DNA of 52,924 nucleotides from a virus. Its lineage: Duplodnaviria > Caudoviricetes. The DNA lies in the IMG/VR virus record IMGVR_UViG_3300011335_000109, positions 1-52,924 of that record; one strand, written 5' to 3'. Position 1 is the first letter of the stretch. The number at the start of each line of letters is the position of its first letter. Under the pieces are notes generated by a model. The model ran no database searches, was not told the DNA's origin, and was given only the letters and a program-made list of their open reading frames with translations. Both the position numbers and the translations under genes were made by a program. Shown one piece after another: positions 9,487 through 19,400 of this stretch.

Positions 9487-11386
9487 TAATACAGATATAC
9501 AAAAAAACATTGATATTCTTCGCGCCCAAATGGGTGGGATGCAAGTTCTTGGTTTAAAGAATAATGTAGATATTTATAAAAATAGTTCGCCACTAGATGC
9601 TAATACTCATATTACAAATATTGCAACTGCATTGGCTAAAGATTATGGTGTAACCAATCTTAAAGACATTGAAGCAAAGCCGGGGGTTATTCCTAAATTT
9701 GCAACCACTGTAATTCAAGTACGTGGAAAAGCTCCTTATACCGTTAATCAATATGATGTTGATTCAAATGGTGTAGTTAGATGGAATAAGTATGCTACTG
9801 TTTCTGGACACACGCCCGGAGAAGCAGTACAAGCAAATCTTATAAATTATAAATATTATAATAAAAATACTAATCAAGAAATTCCTGCGTATAAATTTGC
9901 TTCTACAGGAGAAGGTGACGGTTATTCTGATTACACTCTTCAACCGGTAAAATTAGCAGATGGTACTACTGCTGTTATTCCAATGCAGGAATACAGCAAA
10001 TCTGGATTTGGAGCAGTGCAAGAAAACCTTGCTCCTGTTCTTCCAATTGTTGCTCTTGCTCTTACAGCCACTGGTGTTGGGGCAGCTATTGGAACAAGTT
10101 TATTGGGCGCTAGTGTTAGTGCCGCCGCTGCTGAAGCAGTTGGTGCAGCAGCTATTAGTTTAGGTACTCAAGCTTTAGCTGGAAACATCAATAACATGAG
10201 TGATGTTTTACAAGCTGTTGCTCCCGCTGCTATAACTTTTGGTATTAGCGAACTTGCAGATATGGCTAATGCTGCTAATTTAGCTCAACAAGACTTGGCA
10301 TATGCTAATATTTCTCCAGAAAATTTAGAAAACATAGGAAAAGTAGGTAGCACTTTCACCACAAATACAGATGCGGGTAAACTTTTTGAATCAATTACTG
10401 GTATTGGAGGAAAAGTAGCAGATGTAGCGGCTGGTAGTTTGCAAGGAGCAGTTAGTGCTGCTGTTTCAGATCAAGATGTCACTTTAGGTGCTATAGGTGG
10501 TGGTGCAAAAGGTTATTTGGCAAAGCCTCCTGTAGGCACAGGAAGCACTGGTCCTGCTCCTATTACAACAGCTACACCGTTTCAAGATGAAGATGCTCTT
10601 GATGCTATTATAAACCAACAAGATTCTAATCCATTTGCGGATGCGTTTACATTATACGCAACAGACCTTTCTTCTGTTCCAGAAAATACAGATGCTTTAT
10701 CTAGAGCATTGGGTGTAGAAACATCTCCAATTGTTTCTGGAAATATTAGTAATATTTCTACGGCTTTACAAGATCAAACAAACGAATTATTTGAGCCTTT
10801 TAGTCAAGAAGCTTTTATGCCGGGGAAAACTACAACTACTACCCCCACTGTTACAACAACAACTCAAGAAGGAATGTTGGGAGATGTTGGAAGCGGTGTA
10901 AGTAATCTTACAGGGTCTTCTCTTGGTAATGTTACTGATTTAAATGCAACTAATACATATAATGGTATGCTTGGAGAAATTGGTACTGGTGCTTCCAATC
11001 TTACTGGCTCAACTAAAATTGGCAATGTAACAACTCTTGATACCACAGGTGTAAATCAAGGATTGGGTGGAACTTTAGGAACTTCTAATTTAACCGACAC
11101 TACAACTAGTTTGCTTGGAGATAAAAAAGCAACACCATCACTTACTGGTTCTGATGTTGTAAAAATAGGAACAGCAGTGGCTGGTGTTGCAGCCGCTGGT
11201 TCAGCTTTAGATTCCGCTACAAGCACTACGACAAATACAAACATAGGAAGACCTACTTATGCAAACGCCCCTATTAAAGGGTTTAGAATGCAAAAAGTAC
11301 AAAATGCAGGAGGACTTACTTCTTACATTCCTTTTATTAATCAAACATCTTTGCTTCCTGTACCACAAGGATATAAACTAATTTAA
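9479..11386 (+). CDS. Probable internal virion/ejection protein, low complexity with hydrophobic Ala/Gly segments
   Basis: 635 aa; hydrophobic stretch LPIVALALTATGVGAAIG; Thr/Gly-rich repeats (GMLGxxGxGxSNLTG x2). Confidence 0.65.
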   Translation: MADNTDIQKNIDILRAQMGGMQVLGLKNNVDIYKNSSPLDANTHITNIATALAKDYGVTNLKDIEAKPGVIPKFATTVIQVRGKAPYTVNQYDVDSNGVVRWNKYATVSGHTPGEAVQANLINYKYYNKNTNQEIPAYKFASTGEGDGYSDYTLQPVKLADGTTAVIPMQEYSKSGFGAVQENLAPVLPIVALALTATGVGAAIGTSLLGASVSAAAAEAVGAAAISLGTQALAGNINNMSDVLQAVAPAAITFGISELADMANAANLAQQDLAYANISPENLENIGKVGSTFTTNTDAGKLFESITGIGGKVADVAAGSLQGAVSAAVSDQDVTLGAIGGGAKGYLAKPPVGTGSTGPAPITTATPFQDEDALDAIINQQDSNPFADAFTLYATDLSSVPENTDALSRALGVETSPIVSGNISNISTALQDQTNELFEPFSQEAFMPGKTTTTTPTVTTTTQEGMLGDVGSGVSNLTGSSLGNVTDLNATNTYNGMLGEIGTGASNLTGSTKIGNVTTLDTTGVNQGLGGTLGTSNLTDTTTSLLGDKKATPSLTGSDVVKIGTAVAGVAAAGSALDSATSTTTNTNIGRPTYANAPIKGFRMQKVQNAGGLTSYIPFINQTSLLPVPQGYKLI

Positions 11387-11389
11387 CTG

Positions 11390-11429
11390 TTGACGAAGCC
11401 AGTTAAATATTTAATAATAATCTTCGTCA
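11390..11429 (+). promoter_or_regulatory. Sigma70-like promoter for the scaffold gene, bracketed by an 8-bp inverted repeat
   Basis: TTGACG (11390-11395), 17 bp, AATAAT (11413-11418); TGACGAAG (11391) / CTTCGTCA (11422). Confidence 0.55.
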
Positions 11430-11430
11430 T

Positions 11431-11454
11431 TTGCGACCCGTAAATGCGGCCCAA
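11431..11454 (+). promoter_or_regulatory. Leader hairpin with CGAC/CC internal loop just upstream of the scaffold RBS
   Basis: TTG-CGAC-CCGT-AAAT-GCGG-CC-CAA; AAGGA RBS at 11459. Confidence 0.45.
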
Positions 11455-11471
11455 CTTTAAGGACTTTTTAT

Positions 11472-12323
11472 ATGGATATGGTAATTCAACAAGAACAAAA
11501 AACTGTCGTTGCTCCTTTTGGAAAACGTAATACAAACAAAGAGCGTATTGAACAAGAAGAAGCAGAGATTGCTGCTTTGGAAAAAGGAAATGAAGAAACA
11601 GAGCAACAACAAGAGGAGGTAGAGCCAAGTGATCCTGAAGAGAAAACATTTAAGAAACGCTATGGTGATCTTCGTAGACATGCTCAAGAACAAGAAAATA
11701 AACTTAAGCGTCAGATTGATGAACTAAATAAACAACTTCAACAATCTACTGAACAACAAATTCAGCTTCCTAAGAGCGAAGAAGAACTTAGTGCTTGGGC
11801 AGAAGCTTATCCAGATGTAGCTAAAATTGTAGAAACCATTGCAATTAAAAAAGCTAAAGAACAATCTGCCAGTATTGAAGAACGTCTTCGGGCTTTGGAT
11901 GAAAGAGAAAAAGAAACGGTTAGAAGCAAAGCAGAAATGGAACTTATGCGGCTTCATCCAGACTTTGACACTATTCGTAGTTCTGACGATTTTCATTCAT
12001 GGGTAGAGGAACAACCACAGTGGATTCAAAATGCTCTTTATGATAATGATAACGACGCTCGTTCTGCTGCTAGAGCGATTGACTTGTACAAAGCAGACAA
12101 AGGCATTGGCAAGAAAAAAGCACCTGACTACAAAGAAGCAGCTAAAAGTATAGTTACTAGAGGAGATAGATCAACTCCAGATGGAACTAGTCTTGAAGGG
12201 GTTATTTATGAATCTCAAGTAGCTAAAATGTCTTCTAAACAATTTGAAGCTGCTATGGAAGCCATTCAAAAAGCCCAAGCTACGGGTAAATTTGTATATG
12301 ATTTGAGTGGAGCAGCTCGTTAA
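11472..12323 (+). CDS. Capsid scaffolding protein
   Basis: Acidic coiled coil, FKKRYGDLRRH, HPDF motif; immediately upstream of the major capsid gene. Confidence 0.85.
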   Translation: MDMVIQQEQKTVVAPFGKRNTNKERIEQEEAEIAALEKGNEETEQQQEEVEPSDPEEKTFKKRYGDLRRHAQEQENKLKRQIDELNKQLQQSTEQQIQLPKSEEELSAWAEAYPDVAKIVETIAIKKAKEQSASIEERLRALDEREKETVRSKAEMELMRLHPDFDTIRSSDDFHSWVEEQPQWIQNALYDNDNDARSAARAIDLYKADKGIGKKKAPDYKEAAKSIVTRGDRSTPDGTSLEGVIYESQVAKMSSKQFEAAMEAIQKAQATGKFVYDLSGAAR

Positions 12324-12326
12324 GTA

Positions 12327-12355
12327 TTGACATAACAATAAAATATTGTTATATC
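12327..12355 (+). promoter_or_regulatory. Sigma70-like promoter for the major capsid gene with palindromic spacer
   Basis: TTGACA (12327-12332), 17 bp, TGn+TATATC (12350-12355); ATAACAATA-AAA-TATTGTTAT inverted repeat 12332-12352. Confidence 0.55.
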
Positions 12356-12365
12356 TCTTTTCATC

Positions 12366-12507
12366 AACGTAACTGGAGCCGGTTTACCTACCTTCAGTTA
12401 CGTTATTTATAAAACGCAAATAACAGATTCAGAGACACCTGTCCCTTTCTAGCCTAACGCGCAAGCGTTACACCTAGACAATACAGCCCCTGTAGAAAGT
12501 TGAGCGT
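12366..12507 (+). ncRNA. Structured 5' leader of the major capsid gene (putative cis-regulatory RNA)
   Basis: 13-bp stem 12366-12378/12392-12404; nested stem TCTAG-CC-TAACGC-GCAA-GCGTTA-CAC-CTAGA (12448-12478) with GNRA loop; outer CTGT/ACAG and CAG/CTG pairings. Confidence 0.6.
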
Positions 12508-12540
12508 ATTAATTTATGCCTACACTATAGGAGAACTATC

Positions 12541-13611
12541 ATGGCATTTCCAAAAGCCGCAGGATATAATAACCTACCTAACGGTAATTTTAGTCCTGTA
12601 ATTTATAGCAAAAAAGTCCAGCTTGCTTTCCGCAAAGCTTCGACTGTTGAAGACATTACTAACAGTGATTATTTTGGCGAAATCTCCAACATGGGCGATA
12701 GCGTTAAAATCATCAAAGAACCAGAAGTTTCTGTCACGACGTATGCTCGCGGTACGCAAATTACTGCACAAGACTTGACTGACGAAGACTTTACGCTGGT
12801 TGTCGATCAAGCTAACTACTACGCATTCAAGATTGACGATATTGAAGCAGCACATTCGCATGTTAATTTCATGCAAATGGCTTCTGATCGTGCAGCCTAT
12901 CGTCTGCGTGACCAGTATGACCAAGACGTTCTTGGCTATCTGGCAGGATATTCTCAGTCTGCTAAGCATGTCCAAGCCGACACTGCTCGCACCACTGCTC
13001 CCGGTACTAAGGCGGTTTCAACCGCTGGTGCAGATGAGCTGTTGGCTACGATGAAACTTTCGCGTCCCAACTTTGGTAACCTTACCTCTGCTGGTTCGAC
13101 TGGCGATTCGATTCCTTTGGCTCCAAGACTTCCGGGCGCCACTGGCATTCCTTCGACTTCGGTTTCTCCCGTTGCTTTGGTTGCTCGTATGGGTCGTTTG
13201 CTGGATCAGCAGTTTGTTGATACGCAAGGTCGTTGGATTGTCGTTGACCCTGTGTTCCTTGAATTGCTTAAAGACGAAGACAGCCGTATGTTGAATGGTT
13301 TGTTTGGCGGCGAAGGGCTGCAAAACGGTTTGATCATCAACAATCTGCATGGTTTCCGTGTTTATGTTTCTAACAACCTTCCAAAAATTGGTACTGGTCC
13401 CGGCACGGTAAATGCCAGCGCACAGTCTTCCAACTTTGGTGTAATGGTTGCTGGTCACGATTCTGCTATTGCAACTGCTCAGCAAATCACTAAGACTGAA
13501 ACCTACCGTGATCCTGACAGCTTTGCTGACATTGTGCGTGGCATGCACCTGTATGGTCGCAAGATTTTGCGTCCTGAAGGGATTGTCACTGCTAAGTATA
13601 ACTTGGCTTAA
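12541..13611 (+). CDS. Major capsid protein
   Basis: 356 aa; NFSPVIYSKK, GDSVKI, ETYRDPDSFADIVRGMHLYGRKILRPE; AGGAG RBS; strong codon bias. Confidence 0.93.
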   Translation: MAFPKAAGYNNLPNGNFSPVIYSKKVQLAFRKASTVEDITNSDYFGEISNMGDSVKIIKEPEVSVTTYARGTQITAQDLTDEDFTLVVDQANYYAFKIDDIEAAHSHVNFMQMASDRAAYRLRDQYDQDVLGYLAGYSQSAKHVQADTARTTAPGTKAVSTAGADELLATMKLSRPNFGNLTSAGSTGDSIPLAPRLPGATGIPSTSVSPVALVARMGRLLDQQFVDTQGRWIVVDPVFLELLKDEDSRMLNGLFGGEGLQNGLIINNLHGFRVYVSNNLPKIGTGPGTVNASAQSSNFGVMVAGHDSAIATAQQITKTETYRDPDSFADIVRGMHLYGRKILRPEGIVTAKYNLA

Positions 13612-13622
13612 GGAGAACATAA

Positions 13623-14123
13623 ATGGCAACTATTAGTCTTGCAAATAGCGTAGGTGCGGGTACGCATCCTTCGCGGGGCGTTCGTCAAGTGCCCTATGTT
13701 GTTGAAAACATCGTCAACATTGCATCTGCTGTTACCGCTAAAGGGTCGGCTCTTGCTGCTACTGACGTTATCGAAGCACTTACGGTTCCTGCACAAACAG
13801 TAATCTTGTCTGCTGGTATTGAAGTGTTTTCGGCAGTCACTGGCGATGCTTTGTTTAGCTTGGGTGTTACTGGCGTAAGTGCTGGCGCATATGTTGCTAC
13901 AACGCAAGTTGCAGCAGCTTCTGCTGTTGGTTCTTACATTGCTTCGGCAGCGGCTGGTTATCCAATTGCTATTGGCGCAACGGCTGACACGCTTGACTTG
14001 TTGGTGGGTACGGTTACTACCGCTATCTCCGCTGGTAAACTGCGTGTCTGGGCAGTGGTTTGTGACGTTCAAGACCGTAGAGAAATCGAAGGTTTGTCGG
14101 TTGACCGCGACCAGCTTGCTTAA
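13623..14123 (+). CDS. Probable capsid decoration/minor capsid protein
   Basis: 166 aa Ala/Val/Thr-rich; between MCP and terminator; AAGGAG RBS. Confidence 0.7.
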   Translation: MATISLANSVGAGTHPSRGVRQVPYVVENIVNIASAVTAKGSALAATDVIEALTVPAQTVILSAGIEVFSAVTGDALFSLGVTGVSAGAYVATTQVAAASAVGSYIASAAAGYPIAIGATADTLDLLVGTVTTAISAGKLRVWAVVCDVQDRREIEGLSVDRDQLA

Positions 14124-14137
14124 TGTAAGCTAGTAAT

Positions 14138-14178
14138 AGGGGCAGCATCAGCAATGGTGTTGCCCCTTTATTTATTCA
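14138..14178 (+). terminator. Rho-independent terminator after the capsid genes
   Basis: AGGGGCAGCATCA-GCAA-TGGTGTTGCCCCT then TTATTTATT. Confidence 0.85.
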
Positions 14179-14187
14179 TAGGGTATT

Positions 14188-14898
14188 ATGGCTACCTATC
14201 TTTCTCTAACCAATGAATTGCTTCGTAGACATAACGAAGTGACAATGGATAGCACAGATTTTCCCAATGCTAAAAACATTCAAGCATTGGCTAAAGATGC
14301 TATTAATTCTGCTATTAGAGAAATCTTACATTATGCACAAGAGTGGCCTTTTACTCTTGTAACTCAAACACAAACATTAGTTGTTGGAACTGGTACTTAT
14401 GCTTTTCCAACAGCAACTTCTAGCGTTGATTGGGATAGCTTTTATTTGAAGAAGTCTTCAACATACAATAATAGTCCCGGTAAACTAAAACTTATTACAT
14501 TTGACAACTATACAGAAAATCGTAGAGCAATAGATGACAATGCTGGTACTGGTGGTTATGCTCCTCCAGTATATGTATATCAAACACAAGAAAACAAATT
14601 TGGTATTAGTCCAATTCCTGATAATACATATGAAGTGGAATATAAATATTGGTCTTTCCCTGATGACCTAGTGCTCTATACAGATGTATGTGTAATTCCA
14701 GATAGATTTAGAAACGTCATTATTGATGGTGCAATGGCATACATGATGTTGTTTAGATCAAATGAACAAAGCGCTAATATTCATGCTGAAAAGTTTGATC
14801 AAGGAATTAGAGCCATGAGAAGACTTCTTCTTGATGAACCAATTAGTGTACAATCTACTGCTATTACAAGATCGTATGTTTCTCTTAGGGTGATGTAG
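14188..14898 (+). CDS. Head-tail adaptor / tail tubular protein A-like
   Basis: MATYLSLTNELLRR N-terminus, EWPF, PIPD...VEYKYW; position after the capsid genes. Confidence 0.8.
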   Translation: MATYLSLTNELLRRHNEVTMDSTDFPNAKNIQALAKDAINSAIREILHYAQEWPFTLVTQTQTLVVGTGTYAFPTATSSVDWDSFYLKKSSTYNNSPGKLKLITFDNYTENRRAIDDNAGTGGYAPPVYVYQTQENKFGISPIPDNTYEVEYKYWSFPDDLVLYTDVCVIPDRFRNVIIDGAMAYMMLFRSNEQSANIHAEKFDQGIRAMRRLLLDEPISVQSTAITRSYVSLRVM

Positions 14899-16466
14899 TG
14901 GCTGATAGGATTAGTGGCTTTAAAGTTAACTGTGTTGGTGGTCTTGACACTAACAGAGATATGTTAGCATTGCCAGAAACTTCTCCCGGCAGTGCTACAC
15001 AACTTATTAATTATGAACCATCTGTTACTGGTGGATATAGACGTATTAGCGGATTTGCTAATAGCTACGGAACTGTAACTGGTACTGGTAAAGTATTGGG
15101 TGTTGCAGTTGTTGAAGGTTTGAATGATGCTGTGTTTGCTTGTCGTGCTCCTTCAACAGGTACAGATTATTTTTATAGATGGGTAAACTCTAGCAGCACA
15201 TGGGCTGCAATTACTACTCCTAGTACAATAGCAATGACGGGAGTAAAGAAAGTTAGATTTGTTAAATATAATTTTGTAGCAAAGAAAATGTTGTTGGTGG
15301 ATGGAGTAAATCCTGCTGCTGTTTATAATGGAACAGCATATACACAAATAACAGACCCTAATGCCCCAAACTCCCCTAAGTATGCAGCAGCTTTTAAAAA
15401 TCATATGTTTTTGGGTGGAGATCCTTCAGATCCACAAAATCTTTACTTTTCGGCTCCTTTAAATGAGACAGATTACAGTCCAGCAAATGGTGCTGGTGTT
15501 ATTAATGTTGGCTTCGATATTGTACAACTTAAACAGTTTAGAGATGATTTATTTGTCTTTGGTAAAAACGCAATTAAAAGGGTAACAGGTACAAGCACTA
15601 CTGATTTTATGCTTGTTGAAGTTACGTCTAACTTGGGTTGCGTAGTTCCAGACAGCGTTGTTGAACTTTCTGGCAATCTTATATTCTTAGGCCCAGATGG
15701 TTTTAGACCAGTAGGGGCTACAGCAAATGCCACAGTTGGTGATGCTCAAATTGAAACAATTTCAAAGAAAATTCAATTTACTACATCTGCTCTTCTTTTA
15801 GAACTTGTAGCAGGTTCAATTGATGTAGAAACTCTTTGTTCTGTTGTCATTAGAAAAAAATCTCAATTTAGATTTTTTATTCCTGATGAAGGAACATTTG
15901 GTATACTTGGTGGATTAAGACAAACAGATCAAGGAATAGGCTTTGAATATAGTTTGCTTTTTGGTATACCAGCTACTTGTGCAGATAGTGGATATGTTGG
16001 TTTAAATGAACTTGTTTTACACGGTGACGCTACTGGTAAAGTATATTTACAAGAAAGCGGTAGTAGTTTTAATAATACCGATATTTTAAGTGTCTATCAA
16101 ACTCCATATTATTATTTTGAAGATCCAACAATAAGAAAGAATTTTTATAATGTTTCTACATTTTTAAGAAGCGAGGGAATTGCTAATATTGTATTATCTA
16201 TTTCTTATGACTTTGATACAACAGACCATGTAGAAGTTTGGAATCCATCAAATTTTTCAATTACTACTAGCGGAGCAGCGGCTTATTATAATGAAGCTGT
16301 CTTTAATGCAGCAGCAACTTTTGATGGTAACCCATCTCCAGTTAGAAAAACAAATATGAATGGAAGTGGGTTTTCAATTGCATTAAAATATGTTACAAGC
16401 GACAGTAATCCAAGTCATACAATTCAAGGGTTTGTCTTGAATTATTCAATGAACGATAGGCGATAA
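14898..16466 (+). CDS. Tail nozzle / tubular protein B-like (P22 gp10 stabilisation-like)
   Basis: GTG start; beta-propeller-like pattern GGLDT...NY, LYFS, NLGC, LIFLGPDG. Confidence 0.8.
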   Translation: MADRISGFKVNCVGGLDTNRDMLALPETSPGSATQLINYEPSVTGGYRRISGFANSYGTVTGTGKVLGVAVVEGLNDAVFACRAPSTGTDYFYRWVNSSSTWAAITTPSTIAMTGVKKVRFVKYNFVAKKMLLVDGVNPAAVYNGTAYTQITDPNAPNSPKYAAAFKNHMFLGGDPSDPQNLYFSAPLNETDYSPANGAGVINVGFDIVQLKQFRDDLFVFGKNAIKRVTGTSTTDFMLVEVTSNLGCVVPDSVVELSGNLIFLGPDGFRPVGATANATVGDAQIETISKKIQFTTSALLLELVAGSIDVETLCSVVIRKKSQFRFFIPDEGTFGILGGLRQTDQGIGFEYSLLFGIPATCADSGYVGLNELVLHGDATGKVYLQESGSSFNNTDILSVYQTPYYYFEDPTIRKNFYNVSTFLRSEGIANIVLSISYDFDTTDHVEVWNPSNFSITTSGAAAYYNEAVFNAAATFDGNPSPVRKTNMNGSGFSIALKYVTSDSNPSHTIQGFVLNYSMNDRR

Positions 16467-16476
16467 GGAGAATATT

Positions 16477-19400
16477 TTGGCTGGCTACGTTAGACAATCA
16501 TCAGCGGATATAGTACCAACGGCTATTGTTCGTGCTGCACCAATTAACAATGAGTACAATGCTCTTAGAGATGCGTTTGCTCAAGCAAGTGGACACAAGC
16601 ATGATGGCACTGCTTCTGAAGGAGCTTATGTTCCTTTAATTTCAGATAGCAATACTTATAATAAAGTTGTAGTAGATAGTACAAATAGTAGACTTAGTTT
16701 CTTTGTTAACGTTTCTAACGCTGCTGCTGAGCAAGTTAGAATTGCTAACAATGTATTTAATCCTGTTACCACTGATGTATTCAGTTTAGGCACTAGCGGT
16801 CTTAAGTTTAGAGACTTGTTCCTTTCTGGAACAGGAACAATTCCCACTCTCGTCACATCGTCAGCCACTATTACTGGCGGCACAATCAATAACACTGTTA
16901 TTGGTGGCACTACTCCCCTAACTATTACTGGCACTACAATTACGGCAAACACCGGATTTGTTGGTGGATTGACTGGTGCTGTAACAGGTAATGTAACAGG
17001 CAACGTCACTGGTAATCTAACAGGCAACGTCACTGGTGATGTGACAGGAAACGTAACAGCAAGTAGCGGAACTTCTACATTTAACAATGTCACCATTAAT
17101 GGTGTATTGGATATGAATAGCACTACTGGTGGTGCTAATACCATCACTGGTCTTACTACTCCTTCTAATGCGTCAGATGCAGCTACTAAAAATTATGTTG
17201 ATACTTCTATTAGCAATCTTATTGCTTCTGCTCCCGGTACATTAGATACCCTTAATGAACTTGCTGCTGCGTTGGGTAATGATGCAAGTTTCTCTACAAC
17301 AATTACCAACTCCATTGCAACTAAACTAGCACTTGCTGGTGGCACTATGTCTGGTGCAATTGCTATGGGCAGCAATAAAATTACCGGATTGGGAACTCCC
17401 ACAGCAGGTACAGACGCTACTACAAAGACGTATGTAGACAATGCTGATGCATTGAAACTAAACCTTTCTGGTGGAACCATGTCTGGTTCTATTGCGATGA
17501 ATACTAACGTTATTACTGGACTAGGTAACCCGTCTAATCCTCAAGACGCAACAACAAAAACTTATGTCGATGGTATTTTGGGAAGTGCTACTGCGGCTGC
17601 TACTTCCGCATCGGCTGCTGCAACTTCTGCCAGCAATGCAGCAACGTCGGCTTCTAATGCGTCTACATCGGCTTCCAATGCATCAGCAAGTGCTACTGCT
17701 GCTGCTGCTTCTTACGATAGCTTTGATGATCGCTATCTCGGCCCTAAAGCGTCTAATCCAACATTGGATAATGACGGTAATGCGCTTCTTACAGGTGCTT
17801 TGTATTTTAATACAACATCTAGTGAAATGCGTGCTTATTCGGGATCAGCATGGTTAGCTGCATATCTTCCCTCATCTAGTTATTTAGCTACGTCTGGTGG
17901 CACTATGACTGGTGCTATTGCAATGGGAGCAAACAAGATAACTGGAGTGGCTGATCCTACAGCGGCTCAAGATGCGGCTACTAAAGCTTATGTAGATAAT
18001 GTTTCTGCTGGTCTTAACTTTCACGCTTCTGTTACTTACGCAACTACAGCGGCTTTGCCAACGGTTACTTATGCTAATGGTAGTAGTGGTGTTGGCGCTA
18101 CTCTTACGGCAACTGCTGTAGGTGCATTGTCTATTGATGGTTTTACTCCTGCTCAATTTGCTCGCGTACTAATTAAAAACCAAGCAAACGCTGCTCATAA
18201 CGGTGTTTATACTGTTGAAGTTGTTGGTAATGGTAGTACAGCTTTTCAGCTTAAAAGAGCAACAGACTTTGATACTTCTGGTAGTGGTCCTAATCAAATT
18301 AATGCTGGCGACTTTTTTCTTGTTGTTGGCGGTACTACTAACGCTAATACTTCTTGGGTCCAGCAAACTCCAACTCCTATTACAGTTGGGACTACCAGCA
18401 TTGTATTTATTCAATTTGCTGCTTCCTCTGCAACAACTCCGGGTGGAAGTAATACATACGTTCAATATAACAATGGTGGTGTATTTGGTGGGGCTGCTTC
18501 CTTTACATATGACGGTAGTAAAGTAGTAGTACCCAATCTTCTTAATAGTGGATTGACAGCAAGCAAACCAGTATTTACTGATGCTTCTAAAAACCTTGTT
18601 TCTACTGGAACATTGGGAACAGATCAAGGCGGTACTGGTCTAACCACTTTCACTTCTGGTGGTGCTCTTTATGCAACATCAACATCTGCTCTTACTACTG
18701 GAACATTGCCTTCTGCATCTGGTGGTACTGGACTAACTTCCTTTACTTCTGGTGGTGCTCTTTATGCAACTTCTACAAGCGCCCTAACAACTGGTACATT
18801 GCCAATTGCTTCTGGCGGTACAAACTCTACAGCAACTCCAACATTGGGTGGAGTTGGTTATGGTACGGGGGTAGCGCATGCTTACACTGCTGCTGGTACT
18901 CTTGGTCAAACAATCATTTCCAATGCTGGTGCTGCACCTACATGGGGAGTATTAGGTGTTGCTGGTGGCGGCACTGGACAATCTGCTAATTTGACGCAAT
19001 ACGGTTTGGTGTATGCCAATACCACAACGTCAATGCTTTCTACTTCTGCTGGTACTTCAACACAAGTATTGCATGGTAATGCGGCTGGCGCTCCTACATG
19101 GGGAGCAGTGTCTTTAACTGCTGATGTTAGTGGCCTATTGCCAATTGCCAATGGTGGAACAAACTCTACAGCAACTGCAACAGCAGGTGGGGTTTCTTAT
19201 GGTACTGGTACAGCTTTTGGCTTTACTGCTGCTGGTACTTCTGGACAAGCCCTTCTTTCTAATGCTTCATCAGCACCTACATGGGGAACATTAGGAGTTG
19301 CTGCTGGTGGTACTAATCAAACATCTTATACAGATGGTCAATTGCTTATTGGCAACTCTGTAGGAAATACACTTACAAAAGCAACACTAACTGCTGGTTC

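Noticed and set aside
13018-14072. Long antisense ORFs opposite the capsid genes (also 16656-17480, 31227-31742, 32147-32779)
   Set aside because: Shadow frames expected from biased codon use in the sense genes; no recognisable motifs
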